NCBI GenBank assembly: GCA_031414775.1
Contig: JANOQI010000062.1
Location: 224,001-288,000, forward strand
Source of the DNA: Synechococcales cyanobacterium VAR_4_metabat_354
GTDB lineage: Bacteria > Cyanobacteriota > Cyanobacteriia > Cyanobacteriales > Chamaesiphonaceae
Direction: 5' to 3'
Length of the DNA stretch: 64,000 nt
The translations under genes and the position numbers were made by a program. Position 1 is the stretch's first letter, and every line of letters begins with the position of its first letter. This document shows positions 45,479 to 53,344 of this stretch, in pieces. The notes beneath the pieces were generated by a model. The model worked only from the letters and a program-made list of their open reading frames with translations. It had not been told where the DNA came from and searched no databases.

Positions 45479-48110
45479 AAATTGTCTGAATAAAGCTCAG
45501 TTAATTAGTCCTGATGTGGGTCAATTGTGGACAGTGCCGGATATTCAAACCGGCTTGTATATTGTCCTGAGCGGCAAGATCCGGCTATTAGATCATGATG
45601 ATGAAATGATCGCGGCGCTCACCGCCGGACAGTATTTTGGAGAGTATACTTTTTTTGCGGCAGAAAACTTAGCTGTGTATACAGCGAGAGCCGGAGTGAA
45701 TGTGCAGCTCTGTTGGGTACCGCCGGAAGTTCTGACATCATTGATCGACAAATATCCAATTATTCGCCAACAGCTGTGGGAAACTGCCCAAAAACGTTGT
45801 GAGCCTGGTAGCTCAGTCCCAGCGCAGCGCGTTGTCAACTCATCAGTTTTACCTAATTTGCCAGTATTGGAGTTGCCACCCGATCGATCGAGTAAAAAAA
45901 TTAGTAAAGCCTACTTCCCCAATCCCCAACAAAGGGTTGGACACCTGTGGCAAAGGGTTACTCGCCGTTATCCTTTTTATGCTCAGCAGAGCGCTTCCGA
46001 TTGTGGGGCAGCCTGTTTGGTCATGGTTGCTCGTTATTGGGGCAAGAAATTCAGTGTGAATCGGCTGCGGGAAATTGCCCATGTCGATCGCAATGGATCA
46101 TCGCTCAAAGGTTTATCGGTAGCAGCAGAAAGTGTTGGTTTTACCACTCGTCCGATTAAAATCAGTCTCGACAGGCTAGCTCAACAGCCCTTGCCCGCGA
46201 TCGTTCATTGGGAAGGTAAACATTACATTGTGGTGTATGCGGTGACTGCTAAACAGGTAATCGTAGCCGACCCAGCGCTGGGTCAACGTGCTCTTGGTCA
46301 TGCAGAATTCAAAAAAGATTGGACGGGTTATGCCCTCATATTGCAACCTACTGCTCTACTCAAGGAAGCGGCAGAAAGTTCGACACCGTTTTGGCAGTTC
46401 TTTGAACTCCTCAAGCCCCACAGTGTGGTGGTAATTGAGATTTTTGTGGCTTCTTTATTCATTCAAATCTTTGGTTTGATTACGCCCCTATTTACCCAGC
46501 TGATTTTGGATCAAGTGGTGGTGCAAAAATCGGAGTTGACCCTTTTCACCGTGGGCTTGGGGCTATTTATTTTCAGTATGTTTCGAGTCGCAATGATGGG
46601 TTTGCGCCAGTACTTGCTCGATCACACAGCCAATAAGTTAGATTTAGCGTTAATAGTGGCCTTCATTCGGCACACTATGCGACTGCCCCTGGGCTTTTTT
46701 GAATCACGATATGTGGGCGATATCATGTCTCGTGTGCAAGAAAATCAGAAAATTCAACGGCTATTATCTGGTGAAGCTACTACTATTTTGTTGGATCTGC
46801 TCACCGTCTTTGTTTATGTGGGACTGATGTTTTGGTATAGCTGGCAAATGGCTTTGGTGTCGTTGTTGATTGTACCGCCGTTCTTATTGTTGCCAATTAT
46901 TGCCACTCCTTTTTTACGACGAATTTCACGAGAAATTTTCAGTGCCTATGCTGAGGAAAATAGCTATTTAATCCAAGCTTTGACTGGGATTAAAACCGTG
47001 AAATCCACGGCAGTAGAACAAAACGTGCGCTGGAATTGGGAAGAGTTGTTTCATAAGGCAATTAAGACCAACTTTTCTGGACAGGTTATTAGTAACCGCC
47101 TGCAAATTTTCAGCAATACGATCAATGCCACTATTACCAGTGCCATGCTGTGTTTTGGAGCCTATCAAGTTATTCATAACCAACTGACGATCGGACAGCT
47201 AGTAGCTTTCAACATGTTGCTTGGTAACATCATTCAACCTTTTCAACGTTTGACGGTGCTATGGAATCAACTGCAAGAGGTCGTGATTGCGGTGGAAAGG
47301 ATTAATGATGTATTAGATGCTGAACCAGAGGAAGATCTACAACTACAGGCTCGCCAAACTCTGCCACCAATGCGGGGGCATATTCGCTTTGACAATGTGA
47401 CTTTTCGCTATCATCCAGAAGGTGATGAAAATGTCTTGGAAAATCTGTCCTTTGAAGTCCAACCGGGTCAGATGGTGGCTTTAATTGGTCGGAGTGGCTC
47501 GGGGAAAACTACTATTTCCAAGTTAGCTCTGGGACTCTATCCAGCTACGGATGGGCGGATTCTGGTGGATGGTTACGATCTAGCCAGCTTGTCGCTACGC
47601 TCCCTCCGGCAACAAACCGGGGTGGTAGATCAAGATACCTTTATGTTTGGGGGCACTATTCGGGAGAATATTAGCCTCAGTCATCCCGGTGCCCCTCAAT
47701 CTGCTGTCATCGAAGCTGCTAATCTGGCTGGTGCTGATGAATTCATCCGCAAATTACCGATGGGCTACGAAACCCAAATCGGTGAAGGTGGAGGTCTATT
47801 ATCAGGCGGTCAACGCCAACGAATCGCGATCGCTCGTGCCTTAATGGGCAATCCGCCATTATTGATTATGGATGAAGCCACTTCTCATCTAGACCCGGAA
47901 TCGGAACGGATTATTCAGCAAAGTTTAAGCACTATTTTAAAAGGGCGAACCACGCTAGTGATTGCCCATCGCCTCTCCACCATTCGTCATGCTGACCAAA
48001 TTTTGGTGATCGATCGAGGCATTTTGGTGGAGCAAGGTAGCCATCACGAGCTAATGAGCAAACGTGGTCATTACTACTATTTTAATCAGCAACAATTAGA
48101 GCCAGCCTAA
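45393..48110 (+). CDS. Peptidase C39-containing ABC transporter (HlyB/LanT type) with N-terminal cNMP-like domain
   Basis: GLYIVLSG...FGE cNMP-like domain; QQSASDCGAAC and HWEGKHYIV (C39); GRSGSGKT, LSGGQRQR and DEATS; start uncertain. Confidence 0.93.
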   Translation: MAQHHLSQLISSQQLEEVFHITLTPAEYKNCLNKAQLISPDVGQLWTVPDIQTGLYIVLSGKIRLLDHDDEMIAALTAGQYFGEYTFFAAENLAVYTARAGVNVQLCWVPPEVLTSLIDKYPIIRQQLWETAQKRCEPGSSVPAQRVVNSSVLPNLPVLELPPDRSSKKISKAYFPNPQQRVGHLWQRVTRRYPFYAQQSASDCGAACLVMVARYWGKKFSVNRLREIAHVDRNGSSLKGLSVAAESVGFTTRPIKISLDRLAQQPLPAIVHWEGKHYIVVYAVTAKQVIVADPALGQRALGHAEFKKDWTGYALILQPTALLKEAAESSTPFWQFFELLKPHSVVVIEIFVASLFIQIFGLITPLFTQLILDQVVVQKSELTLFTVGLGLFIFSMFRVAMMGLRQYLLDHTANKLDLALIVAFIRHTMRLPLGFFESRYVGDIMSRVQENQKIQRLLSGEATTILLDLLTVFVYVGLMFWYSWQMALVSLLIVPPFLLLPIIATPFLRRISREIFSAYAEENSYLIQALTGIKTVKSTAVEQNVRWNWEELFHKAIKTNFSGQVISNRLQIFSNTINATITSAMLCFGAYQVIHNQLTIGQLVAFNMLLGNIIQPFQRLTVLWNQLQEVVIAVERINDVLDAEPEEDLQLQARQTLPPMRGHIRFDNVTFRYHPEGDENVLENLSFEVQPGQMVALIGRSGSGKTTISKLALGLYPATDGRILVDGYDLASLSLRSLRQQTGVVDQDTFMFGGTIRENISLSHPGAPQSAVIEAANLAGADEFIRKLPMGYETQIGEGGGLLSGGQRQRIAIARALMGNPPLLIMDEATSHLDPESERIIQQSLSTILKGRTTLVIAHRLSTIRHADQILVIDRGILVEQGSHHELMSKRGHYYYFNQQQLEPA

Positions 48111-48123
48111 GGAAGGAATAGCC

Positions 48124-49815
48124 ATGTCTGATGCATTTTTTAATGGTCATCAAGTAGTCGATCGATCAATACCAGCAGAACCAGCCGAGAGCAATCAGCC
48201 CACCGCAGAAGACCCGCCACCAGCAATCGTTGAGGTGGTGGCTGACGATTGGTCAGACACTGCCAAAGAGGCGATGGAATCCTTGCCCCAAGTTTGGACA
48301 CGGGGTTTACTCTATTTTTTGGTGATTTTTACCAGTATCATTCTGCCTTGGGTAATGTTATCAAAAGTGGATGAAACAGGTGCCGGACGAGGTCGAATTG
48401 AAACTAAGGGATCCTCTAATCGACTAGAAGCTGCCACTTCTGGGGCAGTGGTTGCGGTGCGGGTGCAAGAAGGCCAGTCGGTCAAGCAGGGACAGATTTT
48501 GTTAGAGCTAGAATCCGATGCCGTACGAGCCGAGCTTCAGCAAGCTAAAACCAAACTAGAAGGACAGATGAATCGGTTCTCGCAATTTGCCATTGCCAAG
48601 AATCAGGTAACGATTGCGATCGCTACTCAGCAGCAACAAAATAAAGCCCAATCAGTTGAAAAACTGGCGCAAGCGGAACAAGCCCAGCAAAGTTTGGCAG
48701 ACAAGCAATCGAATGCTCCGTTGTCGGCCAATCTCAAGCTGACTCAAATAGACCAAGCTGGTAAGACCCTCAAGGATAGTAAAACCAACTTACTAATTCA
48801 ACAAACCGAAAAAGCCGCCCAACTACGTCAAGCGCGTCAAAAATTAGCGGCGGCTCAAACCGCTTTAATTATCACAACTAGCAAACATGAACAGAACCTG
48901 AAAGAAGTCCAACGCTATCAAGATCTAGCCGCAGAGGGTGGTATTCCAGAAGTGAAATTGGTAGAGATTAAAGGCATTGCTAAAGAGAGTGAACGTTTGG
49001 TGGCGCAGGCTAATGCGGAAGTGCAATTAGCGGCGACGGGGATTAAGGAACAAGAGGGTAACTACAATAAGGTGATTCACCAGCTGCAAGCGGATATTCG
49101 GCAAGCGGAATCGAAAACCCAGGAACAAGATCGGGAATATCGACAAATTAAAGAAAAACAAAAATGGGAGATTCGGCAGGCCGAATCACGGTTAAAGGAG
49201 CAGCAGGGAAATCGGGCTAGTTTGACGGAAGGGGGCAAGCTGGCGATTTTGAAAAGTGAAGAACAACTGAAAGATTTACAAACACAGATTAGTACTTTGA
49301 ATACGGAAGCGGCACAGACGCGGCAGCAAATTGCCGAGTTAGAGCGGCAACTAGCACAAAAAGTAGTCAGGGCACCGGTGAGTGGAACTGTTTTGCAGTT
49401 GCCGTTTAAGCAACCGAAGTCTTTTGTGCAGACCGGCCAGTTAGTGGCACAGATTGCACCCCAGGGAGCTAGCACAATTCTGAAGGTGCAGATGCCGAGC
49501 CAGAGCACGGGGTTTTTGCGGGTGGGAATGCCGGTAAAGGTGAAGTTTGATGCTTACCCTTTCCAAGATTATGGGGTGGTGGAAGGTAAAGTGCAGTGGG
49601 TGTCCCCGGATTCTAAATTGGTGGAGGTGGGGACTGGCAAAATTGAGGCTTTTGAGGTGAATGTGGTGTTGGATAGAGATTATATCCAGTCACAGGGCAA
49701 GAAAATTGCTTTGACTTTGGGGCAGACAGGCACAGCGGAGGTGATTGTGCGGCAGCGACAGACGATCGATCTAATTCTTGATCCATTTAAGAAGTTGCAG
49801 CAGGGTGGGAAGTAA
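48124..49815 (+). CDS. HlyD family membrane fusion protein
   Basis: Single TM, V.EGQSVKQGQILL, long coiled coil, RAPVSG, DAYPFQDYG. Confidence 0.93.
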   Translation: MSDAFFNGHQVVDRSIPAEPAESNQPTAEDPPPAIVEVVADDWSDTAKEAMESLPQVWTRGLLYFLVIFTSIILPWVMLSKVDETGAGRGRIETKGSSNRLEAATSGAVVAVRVQEGQSVKQGQILLELESDAVRAELQQAKTKLEGQMNRFSQFAIAKNQVTIAIATQQQQNKAQSVEKLAQAEQAQQSLADKQSNAPLSANLKLTQIDQAGKTLKDSKTNLLIQQTEKAAQLRQARQKLAAAQTALIITTSKHEQNLKEVQRYQDLAAEGGIPEVKLVEIKGIAKESERLVAQANAEVQLAATGIKEQEGNYNKVIHQLQADIRQAESKTQEQDREYRQIKEKQKWEIRQAESRLKEQQGNRASLTEGGKLAILKSEEQLKDLQTQISTLNTEAAQTRQQIAELERQLAQKVVRAPVSGTVLQLPFKQPKSFVQTGQLVAQIAPQGASTILKVQMPSQSTGFLRVGMPVKVKFDAYPFQDYGVVEGKVQWVSPDSKLVEVGTGKIEAFEVNVVLDRDYIQSQGKKIALTLGQTGTAEVIVRQRQTIDLILDPFKKLQQGGK

Positions 49816-49866
49816 GTGCTGTCACATCTAGCTAATTGAATTAAACAAACCCAGGGACAATTTACG

Positions 49867-50604
49867 ATGACTATTAATACTGAAATTAGCAATGAAGATA
49901 TTCTGGAGCAACTTAAGCTATCTTGCCGAATCCCAGAAATTACTGAACAGATTGTGGTGAGACGGATTATTCAGGAGGAGGCAGAAAAAGCCGAGATTAA
50001 GTTAGAGGTTAGTGAATTACAAGCGGCAGCGGATGATTTTCGAGCTAGGAATGGATTGACGAGTGCGAAGAGTACTCAAATGTGGTTGAGTATGAATCAA
50101 CTTTCGCTAGATGAGTTTGAAAATATTGTGCGGTTGGAGCTGCTCGGCAACAAGCTCAAGGATGTGGTGCTTGCTGATCAGGTGGAAAAATATTTTTATC
50201 AACATCAGTTGGAGTTCGATCGGGTGGCCTTGTCTGAGGTGATTTTAGAAAATAAGGAATTGGCGATGGAGTTGTACTATGCGGTGCGGGAGGGAGAGAT
50301 AAGATTCCAAGATATTGCTGGTCAATATATTAAGGATGTGGATCTGCGCCGGAAGGGGGGATATTTAGGAGAAAGGCAGCGTAAAGATCTAAGTCCCGAG
50401 ATGTTTTCGGTATTCTCGGTGGCAAATACACCGCAAATAATAAAGCCGATCGCCAGTGCTCAGGGATTTCGTTTGTTGTGGGTGGAGGAAGTTATTAAGG
50501 CGGAATTGGATGAAAAGATGTATGGAGAAATTAGGAACCAGCTTTTTGTGGAATATTTACGAAATAAGATCAAGGAATATAGTCAATCTCAGCCTCAATG
50601 GTAA
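49867..50604 (+). CDS. PpiC-related peptidyl-prolyl isomerase (peptide-maturation associated)
   Basis: ELQAAADDFR, AMELYY and RRKGGYLG rotamase-like motifs; follows HlyD. Confidence 0.8.
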   Translation: MTINTEISNEDILEQLKLSCRIPEITEQIVVRRIIQEEAEKAEIKLEVSELQAAADDFRARNGLTSAKSTQMWLSMNQLSLDEFENIVRLELLGNKLKDVVLADQVEKYFYQHQLEFDRVALSEVILENKELAMELYYAVREGEIRFQDIAGQYIKDVDLRRKGGYLGERQRKDLSPEMFSVFSVANTPQIIKPIASAQGFRLLWVEEVIKAELDEKMYGEIRNQLFVEYLRNKIKEYSQSQPQW

Positions 50605-50833
50605 AAGTGTAAATCTTTGAACAACTGTATCTGATTGTTGGAAGGTAGACAGACTCAAGCAGTTCGATCGCTATTGAGTGAGTTGTTAGTGAGTTGTTAG
50701 TGAGTGACAGGCTTATTATCCGTCCAGAAACAGAACTGGATTTGGAGTTGGTTTAGGTTCTAAATTTGTGAGGGCGATCGATAGTTGCATCTCGGGAATC
50801 GGGCGTAATCCAATGACTTACGGCACTATCTAC

Positions 50834-50864
50834 AAAAAAGCCCGTCTGTTTGGATGAGCTTTTT
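50834..50864 (-). terminator. Terminator of precursor 1 cassette
   Basis: AAAAAAGCCCGTCTGTTTGGATGAGCTTTTT; related hairpins lie behind each precursor. Confidence 0.7.
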
Positions 50865-50897
50865 AAGACAATTAGGTTGATAATGATTGTTACGTCG

Positions 50898-51113
50898 TTA
50901 GTCGTCGCCAGGTTTCATTAAGCCGTCACGATCATATGGTGGTTCTGGATCTGGGAAAAATATATTGATAATTGCCCTACCTGCCGCAACAATTCTGTCT
51001 ACTATTCCTCCTCCTAAAATATTTTCAGCATCATCAGTGATGTCTATCAGGAAACTCTCTGAGTTGTTGAATGAATCAGAACCAGAAAGGTTGTTGATAT
51101 TAATGTTAGCCAT
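50898..51113 (-). CDS. Double-glycine RiPP precursor P1 (core has no Ser/Thr/Cys)
   Basis: 35-aa leader ending ILGG, homologous to P2-P5. Confidence 0.85.
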   Translation of the reverse strand: MANININNLSGSDSFNNSESFLIDITDDAENILGGGIVDRIVAAGRAIINIFFPDPEPPYDRDGLMKPGDD

Positions 51114-51172
51114 TCGATCGAACCTCTAAATTTATATTGTTTATTTTGAGGATAAAATTTAGCCCGTAATAC

Positions 51173-51201
51173 AATGTAATCTCTGAGCTTAATTATGTCT
51201 A
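51173..51201 (-). promoter_or_regulatory. Sigma70-type promoter of P1
   Basis: TAGACA-N17-TACATT on the minus strand, conserved upstream of all five precursors. Confidence 0.7.
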
Positions 51202-51299
51202 TGGTTTTCGTTAAATTATAGGGTGCATAATTAGTGCATTTTTAATTCGTTTAAAAAGATATGTATTTTTTATTTTTTCATAGTTATTTAAAATAAGAG

Positions 51300-51328
51300 A
51301 ATAGCCCATCTATCTAGATGAGCTATTT
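51300..51328 (-). terminator. Terminator of P2 cassette
   Basis: AATAGCCCATCTATCTAGATGAGCTATTT hairpin. Confidence 0.65.
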
Positions 51329-51493
51329 AAGTTAAGTGAATTGAGAATTATTGCTACTTTATGTCTTTGGGCAAGTACTTATTCTACTTTAAAGTTAGTG
51401 GGTCAGTTTAGCGGTAATGGCGGGGGACGCTGTCCACTTAATGGGTGATAAAGTTGCAAAACCTTATGATGTAAAGCTGTCGGCTTCAATATA

Positions 51494-51721
51494 TTAACTA
51501 CATGGGACGACCTTACCATCACTACTACAGACTGGTGGACCTACAACAAGGTCTCGAGAGCCGAAAAGTGTCTTGATTAATTTAACAGATGCATCAACAA
51601 TCGTTTCGACTATTCCTCCTCCTAAAACATCTTCAGCATCATCAGTGATGTCTATTATGTAGCTCTCTGAGTTCTTGAATGAATCAGAACCAGAAAGGCT
51701 ATTGATGTTAATGTTAGCCAT
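51494..51721 (-). CDS. Double-glycine RiPP precursor P2
   Basis: 35-aa leader ending VLGG; core with 2 Cys and several Ser/Thr. Confidence 0.85.
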   Translation of the reverse strand: MANININSLSGSDSFKNSESYIIDITDDAEDVLGGGIVETIVDASVKLIKTLFGSRDLVVGPPVCSSDGKVVPCS

Positions 51722-51781
51722 TTGATCGAACCTCTAAAATTTGTATTGTTTATTTTGGGGATAAAATTCAGCCTGTAATAC

Positions 51782-51810
51782 AATGTAACTTCTGAGCTTA
51801 GCTATGTCTA
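51782..51810 (-). promoter_or_regulatory. Sigma70-type promoter of P2
   Basis: TAGACA-N17-TACATT on the minus strand. Confidence 0.7.
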
Positions 51811-51896
51811 TCTTTTTCATTAAATTATATGGTGCATAATTGCTATATTTTTGATTCTTTTTAAATAAAGATAAGAATTTTCTTGTTCATAATAAT

Positions 51897-51927
51897 AAAA
51901 AAGCCCGTCTATTCAGATAGGCTTTTT
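51897..51927 (-). terminator. Terminator of P3 cassette
   Basis: AAAAAAGCCCGTCTATTCAGATAGGCTTTTT hairpin. Confidence 0.7.
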
Positions 51928-52018
51928 AGGCAAGTAGGTTAATAACTATTATCGGTAGACAGTGCCCACTCTACTTTGAAGCTTAAATTACAAATAAGTC
52001 TACTAATCAAAGTTTAGA

Positions 52019-52183
52019 TTAATAAGCTTTATTAGGCCATAGTAATAGAATAGCTCCAATTACAAGTGCTGGCGTGAGTCCTCCTTTTACTGTAAGCTCT
52101 TCTTCTGATAAATTACTCATGAAACTTTCTGAATCATTAAATAAATCAGAGCCGGAAATATTATCAATTTTAATGTTAGCCAT
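52019..52183 (-). CDS. Double-glycine RiPP precursor P3 (54 aa; true start is the internal MANIK of the tracked ORF)
   Basis: MANIKIDNISGSDLFNDSESFMSNLSEEELTVKGG leader + LTPALVIGAILLLWPNKAY core. Confidence 0.85.
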   Translation of the reverse strand: MANIKIDNISGSDLFNDSESFMSNLSEEELTVKGGLTPALVIGAILLLWPNKAY

Positions 52184-52252
52184 TTGACTGAACCTCTGGG
52201 GTATATATTGTCTAATTTTCAATAGAATCAATCTGTTTCGATTCATCAGTAC

Positions 52253-52281
52253 AATATAAACTCTGAACTTAATCGTGTCTA
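52253..52281 (-). promoter_or_regulatory. Sigma70-type promoter of P3
   Basis: TAGACA-N17-TATATT on the minus strand. Confidence 0.7.
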
Positions 52282-52520
52282 TATTATTTGATAAATTGCA
52301 GAGTGTATAATTCATGTATTTTTGATACGTTAATAAATGCATTTATTCTTCAGTAATTTTATTGTTTTAAACAACAAAATAACCCATGCAGATAGGCTGT
52401 TTCATCAAGTAAGTTGATAATCATCATTACTGTGAGTTTTATCTGTAGACATTGTCCACCCTAATTTAAAGTTCAACTTAAATACAGCCAGTAATAAATT
52501 ACTACTGGCTATATTCACTA

Positions 52521-52724
52521 CTATACCGCGTAGATAATAATTACAGTTCCACTGCCAACGGCACCAGTATTGTAACAAGTCGGCCGTAAACAACCTACGA
52601 TGATGTCTGAATTTTTAGCTCCACCCATCACTTGTTCACTTTCATCGCTTAACTCCATCATAAAGCTTTCTGAATCAGAAAATAAGTCATTTCCAGAAAG
52701 ATTGCTAATTTTAATGTCAGCCAT
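52521..52724 (-). CDS. Double-glycine RiPP precursor P4 (67 aa)
   Basis: MADIKISNLSGNDLFSDSESF...VMGG leader; core with 2 Cys, 3 Thr, 2 Ser. Confidence 0.87.
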   Translation of the reverse strand: MADIKISNLSGNDLFSDSESFMMELSDESEQVMGGAKNSDIIVGCLRPTCYNTGAVGSGTVIIIYAV

Positions 52725-52798
52725 TTTATTTACTTCCTTTGTGTGTATGTTAGTTATGAATGGATAGGAGAGGAATATATTTCTCAATCCATAAATAC

Positions 52799-52827
52799 AA
52801 TATAAATCACTGTCTTTCAGATATCTA
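52799..52827 (-). promoter_or_regulatory. Sigma70-type promoter of P4
   Basis: TAGATA-N17-TATATT on the minus strand. Confidence 0.6.
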
Positions 52828-52896
52828 CTTATTATAAATTTTATATGCTAGATAATTAACACATTTTTAATCTCTATTAGCTACTAATTAATTCAA

Positions 52897-52924
52897 TAAA
52901 ACAGCTCATCTTTAAAGATGAGCT
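52897..52924 (-). terminator. Terminator of P5 cassette
   Basis: AGCTCATCTTTAAAGATGAGCT perfect inverted repeat preceded by an A-run. Confidence 0.7.
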
Positions 52925-52960
52925 AATAAGCTATAAACAGCTATTAAATATTAGATACTG

Positions 52961-53188
52961 TTATTTAGGACGAACAGTAACATATCCACAACCAATATTA
53001 GTGACTACACAAGCAACAACAGTAACATATCCACAGGTATTGACTTCACAGTTGGTTTTAGTATTACGACAAGTAATCACCGCGCCGCCGATTACAGCGA
53101 CTGAATCATCACTGATTTCAGATATGAAACTTTCAGCATCATCGAATAAATTAGAACCAGATAGATTGATAATTTTAATATCAGCCAT
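52961..53188 (-). CDS. Double-glycine lanthipeptide-like precursor P5
   Basis: 35-aa leader ending VIGG; core AVITCRNTKTNCEVNTCGYVTVVACVVTNIGCGYVTVRPK with 5 Cys and 7 Thr. Confidence 0.9.
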   Translation of the reverse strand: MADIKIINLSGSNLFDDAESFISEISDDSVAVIGGAVITCRNTKTNCEVNTCGYVTVVACVVTNIGCGYVTVRPK

Positions 53189-53344
53189 TTTGTTTATTTC
53201 CTTTATGTAAATATTAGTTATGGATTAATATTTCACATCCATGAACACAATCATGAATCAACACTTTTCAAAAATCCATACCTTCCTGGAATTTATTCGA
53301 TGGATAATTTATATAATTTTGATCCGTTTCATCGTAAATTTACC

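Noticed and set aside
50677..50706. AGTGAGTTGTT tandem repeat (about 2.5 copies)
   Set aside because: Short slippage-type repeat with no evident function
52184..52342. N-terminal extensions of P3 (107-aa ORF) and P4 (88-aa ORF) in the ORF track
   Set aside because: Homology among precursors begins at MANIK/MADIK with an RBS-like sequence just upstream; the P3 extension runs across its own promoter
50800..53340. Repeated intergenic units as a possible CRISPR array or integron
   Set aside because: Units are 450-600 bp, imperfect and each contains a peptide gene; no short identical repeats, cas genes, integrase or attC-like sites are visible
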